In this document: positions 30,401 to 38,325 of the stretch, in pieces
Layout of the letters: every line of letters starts with the position of its first letter
Numbering within the stretch: the first letter of the stretch is position 1
Origin: Spirochaetota bacterium
Lineage (GTDB): Bacteria; Spirochaetota; UBA4802; UBA5550
NCBI GenBank assembly: GCA_963664815.2
Contig: CAXXHB010000003.1
Span: 1,600,001-1,664,000 of the forward strand
Length of the DNA stretch: 64,000 nucleotides
Direction: 5' to 3'
Made by a program: the position numbers and the translations under genes
Notes under the pieces: model-generated
Seen by the model: the letters and a program-made list of their open reading frames with translations, nothing else
Databases searched by the model: none
What the model was told of the DNA's origin: nothing

Positions 30401-32788
30401 AGCGGCATTGATATCTACATGAATGTTATGGATTCACCGGAATTTAATCCTGCAGTTTCTATAGATACACCTGTACTTTCTGATTACGATGATACCCGTA
30501 CAGGATCTCTGATTGTATTTGACGGTTTTTTTAAACATAATCTGGAAACACTGCAGACACCGGAAAAGGAAGGCTATAATTCTATACTTATATTTCCTGG
30601 ACGGGAGATACTGATAAATCTTAAAACAATGCAGAGCTGTATGGTAGCCCTCAAGGATTCAATGTATAATGACAGAGGGAATATCGACTCTATTAAAAAT
30701 AAAGGAATCTTTCTGGTCAACGGATTTTATTATTACATTAATAAAGATGGATATATAGAAAAGTATAGTGGAGAGCTTAAGGGTGATTTTTTTTCAGTGA
30801 TTGTGATGCAGATAAGATCTTATTTTGCAAGACCTGATGATAAACTATGTTCAATGATACTCGGTTTTTACAGGGAGGTGCAGAAGAATTACCGCAGCAT
30901 AAAATTTTCTGCAGACAATAATACACCCGTGGTTTCAGCAGGAAATTATACCCTTAATATAAAAAGGTCCACGGATGGTTACAGAGTGAATTGGAGTGAA
31001 TCCATTGTAGATAACCCGAGGATTTTAAATTATGCCGGGAAGCAGAATGCTGCCGGGGGGTTGAATTCATTCTCTTTCGGCGAGATATCACGTACGCTGA
31101 CCGGATCAGATGAGGGCTTCAAGTTTTCATGTGATGTTCTGCGTGATCTGGTTACGGATGATCGCGGGTTAGTTGTTGATTCAGCCGGGGGATTCAGGCT
31201 GATTCCATATAATAACCTCTATTCCGTCATTGATGAGAAGAGCTTCTCGATGGATGACTTCAGAAAGATCAGGGAGGAGAAGCATAATTTTGAAAAATCT
31301 GCAATCAACAGATTTTTAACAGATTGGTTTGACAGAGATACTTTTATTAACAGGGCATATGCGGGTAGTTTTAAAGTAAATGGCGACAGGCCGGAATTAC
31401 GCATGGAAGGCCCGGATGAAAAAATAAAATCTGTTTATAAACTGACAGACAGAAGAAATGGATCTCTTCTTGATATAGTTAACAGCTACAGCAGCGGTAA
31501 TGTAACATCAGCAATAAAGTCAGATTACACGGATAGCCCATGGAATGGGAAATGTTTTTTTATAGATAACACTATGGCCATGACATTCAAGGGGGGGAGT
31601 ATTATTGCAAAGTTTCTCTCCCGCGAAAATAAAGAGAAATATATATATGCTGAAAATCCGGAAGCCGGGGTTTATGATCTCCCTGAATATTGTCTGTCCC
31701 TGCCTGTTTCGGAATCAGGAGGGAAGAGATTTTATTCAGACGATGGAGGGCTCTTTTTTATTGATGGAGGGATGAATAGAGTTTATGAAAAGAATATAAT
31801 CTGGAATATAGCAGATTATCCCAGGTTTGATATGTCTATAAACAAAAATCTGACTGACGGCAGGGTTGTATTTACCTGTTCAGGGAGAGAGATAAAGAAC
31901 GTTCTTAATGATTACCGTTTTTTTACAGATTCATTCATTGGCGGCGGTGTTTTTAGTTTTAATAACAGGGAGTATATTTATCTTGCAGGTAAAGATATGG
32001 TCCAGGTCGGCATTGACGAAAATAATAAATTTAAAATGGAAGGATGCTATATATACTCATCGGAGAATGAGAAACCGGCGGTCAGAAATAATTTTCTTTA
32101 TCTGCTGCGTGATGGGATGGCAAGGAGCCTGTCAACACTGAATTCCGGAAAGATCGGGTGGAGTAGTGATTCTGTAAATTTCAGAGAGATAGATCTTAAA
32201 ATAGTTCCAGATATTATATTCAGTCCAGGTAAGAGCAGACCGGAGATAGCAGATAAGACTATCGGGTTTTCTGAAAAAACGCCTTTTTTTATAAACGGGA
32301 GGGATCCCTCTTCTTATATATACAATAACCGGTTTTTCTTTGATTCATGCACGGGAATAACTCCATGGAATCATTATGAAAACATGCATTCATTTATACA
32401 GTATACAGGAACAATGGGTATAGAATATGAAATAGATTACCGGAGTGACAAAGAATTGAGGATAAAAAATGTTATTGAATCCGCAGCACCATTGACTGCA
32501 CAGGAAAATGACTACCCCGGGGTCAGGTTAAGAACGGATTGGAGCAGCAGTCTCTATGGTATGATAACAGATATTCTTTGTTCGGACGGGGAATATCTTT
32601 ACTGTTCATGCACAAACAGCAGGGATGAAATTGCGCGGATATCATTTAAAGATGGTTCCTTGTCAATGATCCGAATGAGCAAAAAAGACCTTTCTGAAAA
32701 AAATTCAAATGCTCTCGGTTCTGCGGAGCCGTTTGGATGGCGTCTGAAGAATAACAGGATATTTTATTTAAAGAGCGGCAGATTATGA
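27413..32788 (+). CDS. Giant (1791 aa) membrane-anchored/exported beta-rich protein, probable multi-beta-propeller
   Basis: N-terminal hydrophobic helix ILLFISLIIVLITISLSFAL; many blade-like strands (GILYLLT, NLFIFDP, YLWRYS); recurring (R/K)FFxD-type motif in the C-terminal third. Confidence 0.8.
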   Translation: MSMQKNHSNKRFLPYMLISGLRIPYLKILLFISLIIVLITISLSFALNFKDSEIHDGRMFTKYSDRKIFKLQADSTDKVYFTSRSGGFIYNKPAGSLKEYNIGSSGHFAVPVKFFKSSNGLFILCSDGSVYDADKNSFLLKHQPLLSSDGGGKLLYEDSEYRYVHLKGGGLVVQNKGNGSITPMDISHYIKPERLNSSFNKEKEYLGSILFPEDGLLAFQIDNKSPGIYKDFNSEIIKKLNLISPLQMDKYYPVGEVVRQSSVRHNVRDITELNKAKSFIQSLVFSDCQDARIKKFTTIDDTVVIAGSSGISIFAKNGSSLEDRNPYKKLNLDLFKDGFNSAVEDFSLDYKNCSGIARVSNDILLYNLPGSKGWENLFYNSEFKGLPDTRFASYSKESGIFTAISDRSIGLYDIHKRKWISAPVTYNSSDNSNNKDILVKDTTIYKNRIYLICRKGSSTNFLFTADLSEFYKALSGEVSFSTATKSFSLEEDTVVIPGTEPVFIDKRYGFYRWNNNILGKRGCKDGSADICGGDPGQIKECYEKDGILYLLTTRGFLFSYDSGKRSLTMIENDVIKFLNEKAEVFQTRDKDQDYVSIKSDEKGEKGNKYIRHTLLGRINDIFTANNFLFALSDNYLWRYSFEEKKFLFFFNPLPKEVNRNGIFCSSGKNLFIFDPVNGKLFRYDADLRSWSERSYNITFDEKYIINSVRDIYVTDKGILYVLMSGSINGESCHSIVVSIDTNLGKADFIYRGNNIEKLPRDIVRAVKEGDTLLILTAGGKLMLFSSGIGYWYTLKDERVKDFACSGSNLAVLSNEGVLNLYYIKSGTAVFVSAINNVNRLFDLKGDEIIFGKGNSIVTGKYTGTEIQDKKILFSGGIRSDNPDEITVSALKGEEDKLWHINCGEDRFYYYNLSAGNIERCGTSSVYDTEKYKFFDGGSAVYRFDGRNIVTTYMFIDNAVKKSKEIKIENSRHLSFLSSADYKQTGFLNIRGDHDKTSGIDIYMNVMDSPEFNPAVSIDTPVLSDYDDTRTGSLIVFDGFFKHNLETLQTPEKEGYNSILIFPGREILINLKTMQSCMVALKDSMYNDRGNIDSIKNKGIFLVNGFYYYINKDGYIEKYSGELKGDFFSVIVMQIRSYFARPDDKLCSMILGFYREVQKNYRSIKFSADNNTPVVSAGNYTLNIKRSTDGYRVNWSESIVDNPRILNYAGKQNAAGGLNSFSFGEISRTLTGSDEGFKFSCDVLRDLVTDDRGLVVDSAGGFRLIPYNNLYSVIDEKSFSMDDFRKIREEKHNFEKSAINRFLTDWFDRDTFINRAYAGSFKVNGDRPELRMEGPDEKIKSVYKLTDRRNGSLLDIVNSYSSGNVTSAIKSDYTDSPWNGKCFFIDNTMAMTFKGGSIIAKFLSRENKEKYIYAENPEAGVYDLPEYCLSLPVSESGGKRFYSDDGGLFFIDGGMNRVYEKNIIWNIADYPRFDMSINKNLTDGRVVFTCSGREIKNVLNDYRFFTDSFIGGGVFSFNNREYIYLAGKDMVQVGIDENNKFKMEGCYIYSSENEKPAVRNNFLYLLRDGMARSLSTLNSGKIGWSSDSVNFREIDLKIVPDIIFSPGKSRPEIADKTIGFSEKTPFFINGRDPSSYIYNNRFFFDSCTGITPWNHYENMHSFIQYTGTMGIEYEIDYRSDKELRIKNVIESAAPLTAQENDYPGVRLRTDWSSSLYGMITDILCSDGEYLYCSCTNSRDEIARISFKDGSLSMIRMSKKDLSEKNSNALGSAEPFGWRLKNNRIFYLKSGRL

Positions 32789-33753
32789 ATGTAAAAGAAA
32801 TGGCAGCCTTCTTTATACCATCAATACTCACTATTGCAGTATTGATGTATCTGCATGATACCGGTACGGCATGCTGGATTGTTTTTCTGGTGTCTTCGTT
32901 TTTTACTCTTGTTATGCTGAAGATGATATATGATGATGACTCCAGCTTTCTTCGTTTATCGGTCTTTGCCGGTTTTCTTTTTTTTAATCTTTCTTCAGAA
33001 TATTTCGTTATGCTTGATCCTGACAGGATACTTGTTTTTACATCGGTAATATTTTTTATGGTTCAGTTTATCCTTATATCTTTATCAGTTCTCAGACATG
33101 ATTATAAGGAGATGGAGACACATCGTGAAGCGGTCAGGAATATCATTGATAAACCTGTGAAAACTGTTGATCAGGGTTCTATTCCTGAACCTGAACTTTT
33201 TTTTATTCATATCCCCGGTTCTGCGTTGCTGATACTGATATTTCTTGTTATAGGGGGGGTGAGCACAACACCTCTGAGAATTATTGCAGGAAATATTGTT
33301 TACATTTATATATTCCGTTTTACCGGAAAAATGGATGGTTCATCAGAATTCTATACTTACGGGAAAATGATTCCCGCCGCCGGTTTATACCTGATGTTAT
33401 TTCTAGTGTCATATTTTATTTTTTTCACTACAGGCCTGGCAATCTCCGGTTCGGATAATACAATAGTTCATATAATCGTCATTCTTCTATCATCCTTCAT
33501 TTCAGCTCTGACATGCGCATTTGTTAATTATATTTCAGTGCGTTTTTCCGGCGGGGATGGTATGCTAAAGCTTATAATTAATCATGCGATTGCCATTTCA
33601 TTTATTATAGCTATACCGGTTCTAAAGGATTTGTTGTTCTTTGAATTTAAACTGTTATGGATATTGTCATTTATCCCGTTTCTGGTTTTATGCGGTTATA
33701 TTGCAGACCATATTGTAAAATCCAGACAGGAAAAAAAATCTGTATCTGAATAG
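32785..33753 (+). CDS. Polytopic membrane protein (~10 TM)
   Basis: Highly hydrophobic; ATGA overlap with the upstream gene. Confidence 0.8.
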   Translation: MNVKEMAAFFIPSILTIAVLMYLHDTGTACWIVFLVSSFFTLVMLKMIYDDDSSFLRLSVFAGFLFFNLSSEYFVMLDPDRILVFTSVIFFMVQFILISLSVLRHDYKEMETHREAVRNIIDKPVKTVDQGSIPEPELFFIHIPGSALLILIFLVIGGVSTTPLRIIAGNIVYIYIFRFTGKMDGSSEFYTYGKMIPAAGLYLMLFLVSYFIFFTTGLAISGSDNTIVHIIVILLSSFISALTCAFVNYISVRFSGGDGMLKLIINHAIAISFIIAIPVLKDLLFFEFKLLWILSFIPFLVLCGYIADHIVKSRQEKKSVSE

Positions 33754-33786
33754 CATATTTGAATTTTAAGATAGGAGGGATATTTA

Positions 33787-34992
33787 GTGGAAGAATTTAT
33801 CGGTGTTATAGTGGGAGGTATAATAATTCTGCTGCTTGCACAACAATTTCTGGCTTGGCTTCTGGCTTTTTCCGCCGCCAGGTTTGTTATTTTTCTGGTT
33901 CTCTCCACTGGTCCTGCAATCGTTTCACTGTGGAATCAGGGAGGGATCAGTAAAATTCCAAGAAAACCATGGTATATGATTGAAATAATAGTTTATGCTT
34001 TACTTGTTGTAAAATGGGTTTCCGGCAGTATTGATTTCAGTAAAAGCTATACGGGGAACCTTATATTTTTTCTTCTTTTCTTTTTACTTTTTCATCTGGT
34101 TATAATAATTATAAGTGATAAAAAAAATAAAGATTATTTACAGTTGTATGCGGCTGTTTCTCCATTTTTTATGACTGGCGTATCTGTAATTTTTTTTGGG
34201 GTAGGTGAGTATAAAGATATATTCAGTAATGAAGTGACCGTTGAAAGAGTTTTATTAATAGTACTGGTACCTCTTGCTATATCACTTGTACTTTTTAGTA
34301 TTTTTCTTGCATTGAAGTTTTTTGTAATGAAGATTATTAAATTTACCAGAATAGTTTTTTCTTTTATTTTTAAAAAGATACCCCTACCGCCTTCAGAACA
34401 ATGGGAATCAGGCATGAATATACCACCAGAGAAGATAGTAAGGATATCACCGCAGTTCATTTTAATCAGTTCAGTTTTTTTCCTTATTTTGTTATCATTT
34501 TTTGTTTTTAATCCGGTATCTTTTCTTTTTAATAAATATATAAACCGCAGCGATGAATGGCTTATATATAACGATTATTCTATTACTCCTGTGACCATGG
34601 CTTCTCTGGGAAATTTTAAAATTCCCCGTACAGTGAAAAATAAGGTTTTGAAGGTTTTACCGCAGAAACAGGCAAAGCCGGATAATTTAAACAGTCTTTC
34701 GGATGACTTCGATATAAAAGATAAAAGGGCCGTTAAACCCCTTAATGAACTGACAAAAAAATATAAAAAAGATAAACATACAGGCCTTAAAGTTGATAAA
34801 AATACAGATTTTTTAAAGATGTTTGATCAGTATGGAAAGAAAAAGAGTTCCGGTATAGATAATAAAAGCCTGGATGACATCCTGAAGATGCGTAATAAAC
34901 TCATAAATCCTGAAGTGAAATGGGAAAATATAAATAAATTAAAATATAATAAACTGAAGATAAGTGAAGATGATCTATCCAAACCGCTATAA
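33787..34992 (+). CDS. Polytopic membrane protein with Lys-rich soluble C-terminus
   Basis: AGGAGG RBS, GTG start; ~7 TM then a basic tail. Confidence 0.78.
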   Translation: MEEFIGVIVGGIIILLLAQQFLAWLLAFSAARFVIFLVLSTGPAIVSLWNQGGISKIPRKPWYMIEIIVYALLVVKWVSGSIDFSKSYTGNLIFFLLFFLLFHLVIIIISDKKNKDYLQLYAAVSPFFMTGVSVIFFGVGEYKDIFSNEVTVERVLLIVLVPLAISLVLFSIFLALKFFVMKIIKFTRIVFSFIFKKIPLPPSEQWESGMNIPPEKIVRISPQFILISSVFFLILLSFFVFNPVSFLFNKYINRSDEWLIYNDYSITPVTMASLGNFKIPRTVKNKVLKVLPQKQAKPDNLNSLSDDFDIKDKRAVKPLNELTKKYKKDKHTGLKVDKNTDFLKMFDQYGKKKSSGIDNKSLDDILKMRNKLINPEVKWENINKLKYNKLKISEDDLSKPL

Positions 34993-35602
34993 CAGCTTTG
35001 AAAATTCCAGGCTCAATGTGGCGTCTATTATTCACGGCTCTATGTGCAACGGACCCGGACCGCATACTGTGATACATCTCCAGGGGTGCAGGTTCAGATG
35101 TGAAGGCTGCTTTAACGCTGAACTTCAGCGGGAAACCGTGGTAAAACTTATTCATCCCGATGAGATAGTACGGAATTTTCAATCTTATTCCGGGAATTTG
35201 TCCGGGGTTGTGATTAGCGGTGGAGAACCGCTTCTTCAGCCGGTCGGGGTAGGACTTCTTCTTTCAGGTCTGAAGAATGCCGGATTACGGACAGTTCTAT
35301 ATTCCGGTTACAATATAGAAGAGATAATTTTTAACGGCCTGTATGATATGGTAAAAATGGCAGATCTGCTTATATGCGGCAGGTATGTTAAGGGTCTGGA
35401 AATTGAAAGTTTTCCATATACATCGGGCAAGGCTATGATGTTTTTTTCTTCTGCTTATTCTCAGGAAGAGTTTGAGGCAATGGACTGGTCAAAAAAATAT
35501 GAGATACGTATTACGCCTGAAGGAGCAGTGTTTCTCGGATTTCCGCCTGCTGCGGAGATTGAAAATATGCGGAAACTGTTCGGTTCAGGATTGATGGAAT
35601 AG
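34964..35602 (+). CDS. Radical SAM protein, NrdG/PflA activase-like
   Basis: NGPG, QGCRFRCEGCFN (CxxxCxxC), ISGGEP, YSGY, DLLICGRY. Confidence 0.9.
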   Translation: MKMIYPNRYNSFENSRLNVASIIHGSMCNGPGPHTVIHLQGCRFRCEGCFNAELQRETVVKLIHPDEIVRNFQSYSGNLSGVVISGGEPLLQPVGVGLLLSGLKNAGLRTVLYSGYNIEEIIFNGLYDMVKMADLLICGRYVKGLEIESFPYTSGKAMMFFSSAYSQEEFEAMDWSKKYEIRITPEGAVFLGFPPAAEIENMRKLFGSGLME

Positions 35603-35639
35603 TAAAAGGCAGCATACAGGTACTGATGCTGCCTTTTAC
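35602..35639. terminator. Bidirectional intrinsic terminator ending the large operon
   Basis: Perfect 14-bp stem GTAAAAGGCAGCAT / ATGCTGCCTTTTAC between convergent genes. Confidence 0.85.
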
Positions 35640-35661
35640 CGGATCCGCATACTTTAACATC

Positions 35662-35976
35662 TTAGCGGATTGAGGGGACAATTCTGACTTCAAGAATAAC
35701 TTTGTACCCGTCTTTTTCAAGAGATACCTGATCTCCGGAAGCCGTGAAATAACCTGAAAGAACTGTACCGTTATATTTATATATCCCGAAACCTGATACA
35801 GGGCGGCAGGACATAAAATTTCCGGTATAACTGGCTCCGTTTGAAAACTCGACTGTCTGTTCACCGTCTTTACAGTTAAGGGCTGCTGATCCGTATGTAA
35901 TGCTTTTATAGCTATCAGCAAAGAGAAGACCGGAACATACCATAACAGATGCCAGAACTAGAAATAATTTTTTCAT
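35662..35976 (-). CDS. Small secreted protein with MORN-like motif
   Basis: Signal peptide MKKLFLVLASVMVCSGLLFA; FSNGASYTGNF...GFGIY; GGAGG RBS. Confidence 0.8.
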   Translation of the reverse strand: MKKLFLVLASVMVCSGLLFADSYKSITYGSAALNCKDGEQTVEFSNGASYTGNFMSCRPVSGFGIYKYNGTVLSGYFTASGDQVSLEKDGYKVILEVRIVPSIR

Positions 35977-36175
35977 AATATCCTCCAAATTTTTTGTTTA
36001 TACCGGAACAGACGAAATTCATGGAATTTTTTTATAGAATTTTGGAAATTTTTTAAACTGTGTAATTTTTTTTGGGATTACCGGGTTTATTTTGTCTTTT
36101 TCAGTAAAGGGATGCAGCATAAATATATGTTTAACATACGAAGTAAATTTAATAGTTCAAAAGAAGTAGAATATT

Positions 36176-36697
36176 ATGAATAATCCTGGGAAAGGAATTA
36201 TCTATTTAGCGAGACTTGTAATTTTTATACCAGCTACTGTGTCTGTAATAGGGGCTATCTACTCAGGATTCAATTTAATTATGAATTTTATCTTCGGACT
36301 TAATCCGGTATGGACATTTTTTATTGTATTACTTACAGGATCTTTTGTGATGACTCTTTTTAAAAATCTGTCATTTTTAATTACTACTTACACTGCAAAG
36401 ATCAGCCCGTCTCCGCTTTTCGGATCGGCAGTAACCGGGATTGCGGCTGTGGGAGCATGCGGATATACAATCTACCTTATATGGAATATGTTTCCTAAAA
36501 TCGGATTTTTTGAAGTTGCAGGTACAGTGATATACTTAGGGTTTACAAGGGTAATTCCTGCAGGTGTGGTTGTACCTATTTCCTCAGGAGATGATAGGAG
36601 AAACAAAAGTTCTTTTGTTTCTCCTATTACAGCATTAGTGAAAACAGTATTTTTCATCTTGTTACCGGGCCACATCTCGAGTCAGAACATGAGGTAG
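36176..36697 (+). CDS. Hypothetical membrane protein
   Basis: ~4 TM segments; 3' end overlaps the convergent gene by 44 bp, so the C-terminus is uncertain. Confidence 0.6.
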   Translation: MNNPGKGIIYLARLVIFIPATVSVIGAIYSGFNLIMNFIFGLNPVWTFFIVLLTGSFVMTLFKNLSFLITTYTAKISPSPLFGSAVTGIAAVGACGYTIYLIWNMFPKIGFFEVAGTVIYLGFTRVIPAGVVVPISSGDDRRNKSSFVSPITALVKTVFFILLPGHISSQNMR

Positions 36698-37007
36698 GAG
36701 GAATTTCACCTGCCCTGTAAACACACCGGCATTTTCCTATCGAAGTATCAGGTATTCTGTTATTAATTCTTTCAAATGATTGTTCTGCATCATAACTATT
36801 TTTTAATCCCTGAATTGCTTTAAGCGAGTCATTAAATGATTTGCTATCACTTGATGAGAAATGAAAATTGTTATCGTAAGATTGATCATTTTTTTTCTCT
36901 GAGCAGCCTGATACCAATAATCCTGCAGCACCTGCCATCAGAATAGCAATACCGATTATTCGAAGAAAATTAAGACGTACTTTAAATTGATTAAACGGTT
37001 TTGTCAT
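36654..37007 (-). CDS. Putative lipoprotein with Cys-rich C-terminus
   Basis: Lipobox LVSGC after a hydrophobic stretch; CRC...C....C tail; GGAGG RBS. Confidence 0.7.
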   Translation of the reverse strand: MTKPFNQFKVRLNFLRIIGIAILMAGAAGLLVSGCSEKKNDQSYDNNFHFSSSDSKSFNDSLKAIQGLKNSYDAEQSFERINNRIPDTSIGKCRCVYRAGEIPPTSCSDSRCGPVTR

Positions 37008-37144
37008 TTTATATCCTCCATTTATTGTTAATTTTTATTTAATAGACGAAATAATTGTATTTTATTTTAAAATTTTTTTAAAAAAACCTGTAATTGACTT
37101 TTTAAAGGATGTATGCAATTACTGAAGTTAAGTACGAATTATCT

Positions 37145-37185
37145 GTCTAATACATATAACAAATCTGATCAAATATGTATTAGAC
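37145..37185. terminator. Hairpin downstream of the SPFH-like gene
   Basis: 13-bp perfect stem GTCTAATACATAT / ATATGTATTAGAC. Confidence 0.55.
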
Positions 37186-37193
37186 GATTTACA

Positions 37194-38228
37194 CTATTTA
37201 TTCCCTGGTTTAATTTTATCCAGTACTGATGAAACTTCAGAACTAATGAATGATACAACAGGCAATATGTTGTTTTTATCATAATCCCCGGCAAATATTG
37301 TTATTTTTGAATTTTGTATAGAATCTGCAATATTTTTTGTAACCTGAGTCAAAGCTTTGATATAGTGATATTCTTTCTCAGAATCATATTGAGAGCGTTT
37401 TTTTTAAAATTCTGAATCAATAATTATTTTTGCTGTTTCTGCTTTATGTATTTCCAGATCTTTATTTTTTTCTTCAAATTTTCTTAATTCTTCATTATGA
37501 CTGATTTCATATTTTATTTTCTGATTTTTTTGGATCTGTTCGTTGCTCATGGTTTTCATAATCAGGTTATGATCAATATCAGTGAGAATTTCATCCTGCC
37601 TTTTTTTCTCCTGTTCTAACTCCAGTGTCTGAGCGAGTAGATTTCTTTCTTTATTTAGATTAGTCAGCCCGATGATCTCTTCCCGTTTAATAATTTCTTT
37701 TTCCTCATTTAGTTTAAGATTCTGTATTTCCTCAGCAGCTTTCATTTTTATAATATCCGGATCTTCCGGGTAAACTTGATCAAGATGAACTTCCAATTTG
37801 AGCCAGAATTCACTATATATTGACGATAAGGATTCGGTGATTTTTAAAGCAATTTCAATTCTTTTCTGATTACAATAATCAAAGCTGAGACGTGAACAAT
37901 GATCTCTTACATTCTCATAAACATCGTTCATGAGCTGTTCTATAATTTTTTCATGAACCAGCGTATTATTCTCAATATAAAGATTAACGGCTTGAATGGG
38001 ATCAATAACGCGGTAAACAACATGCCCTTTGAAACGGGTAGAAATAAAGTCGTAAGTTTCATGCAGAAATTTATAAACTACACCCTGCTGATTAGAGTCG
38101 ACGATTACATAATTCCCAAAATTTAAAAATGCAGATGCACCTCTTCCTTTATTAATAAATTTCATTTTTTTATTATCCCAACACAGCAACCATTGGTTAA
38201 TTTCGGTCTTTATAAAAATATTTTTCAT
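37194..38228 (-). pseudogene. SPFH/band-7 (flotillin-like) paralog interrupted by one in-frame TAA
   Basis: The frame continues past TAA 37404-37406 for 69 codons (KKRSQYDSEK...NIADSIQNSKITIFAG...PGNK*); N- and C-termini align by eye with 41006-42076. Confidence 0.7.
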
Positions 38229-38325
38229 GTATACTCCTCTTTTTACAGTTTTAATTATAAATTTTCATTGAGCTCTTTTAATCTCTGGCCGGGTAATTAA
38301 GGGCTGCCGAGATACAACCCGGGTA

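Noticed and set aside
33759-33953. 64-aa alternate-frame ORF and the many short antisense or nested ORFs in the track (e.g. 5724-6077, 14049-14453, 15526-15990, 35511-35921, 53056-53466)
   Set aside because: They overlap well-supported genes and lack RBS or motifs; shadow ORFs
34964-35602. Calling this gene nrdG
   Set aside because: No nrdD nearby; it is embedded in an unrelated operon
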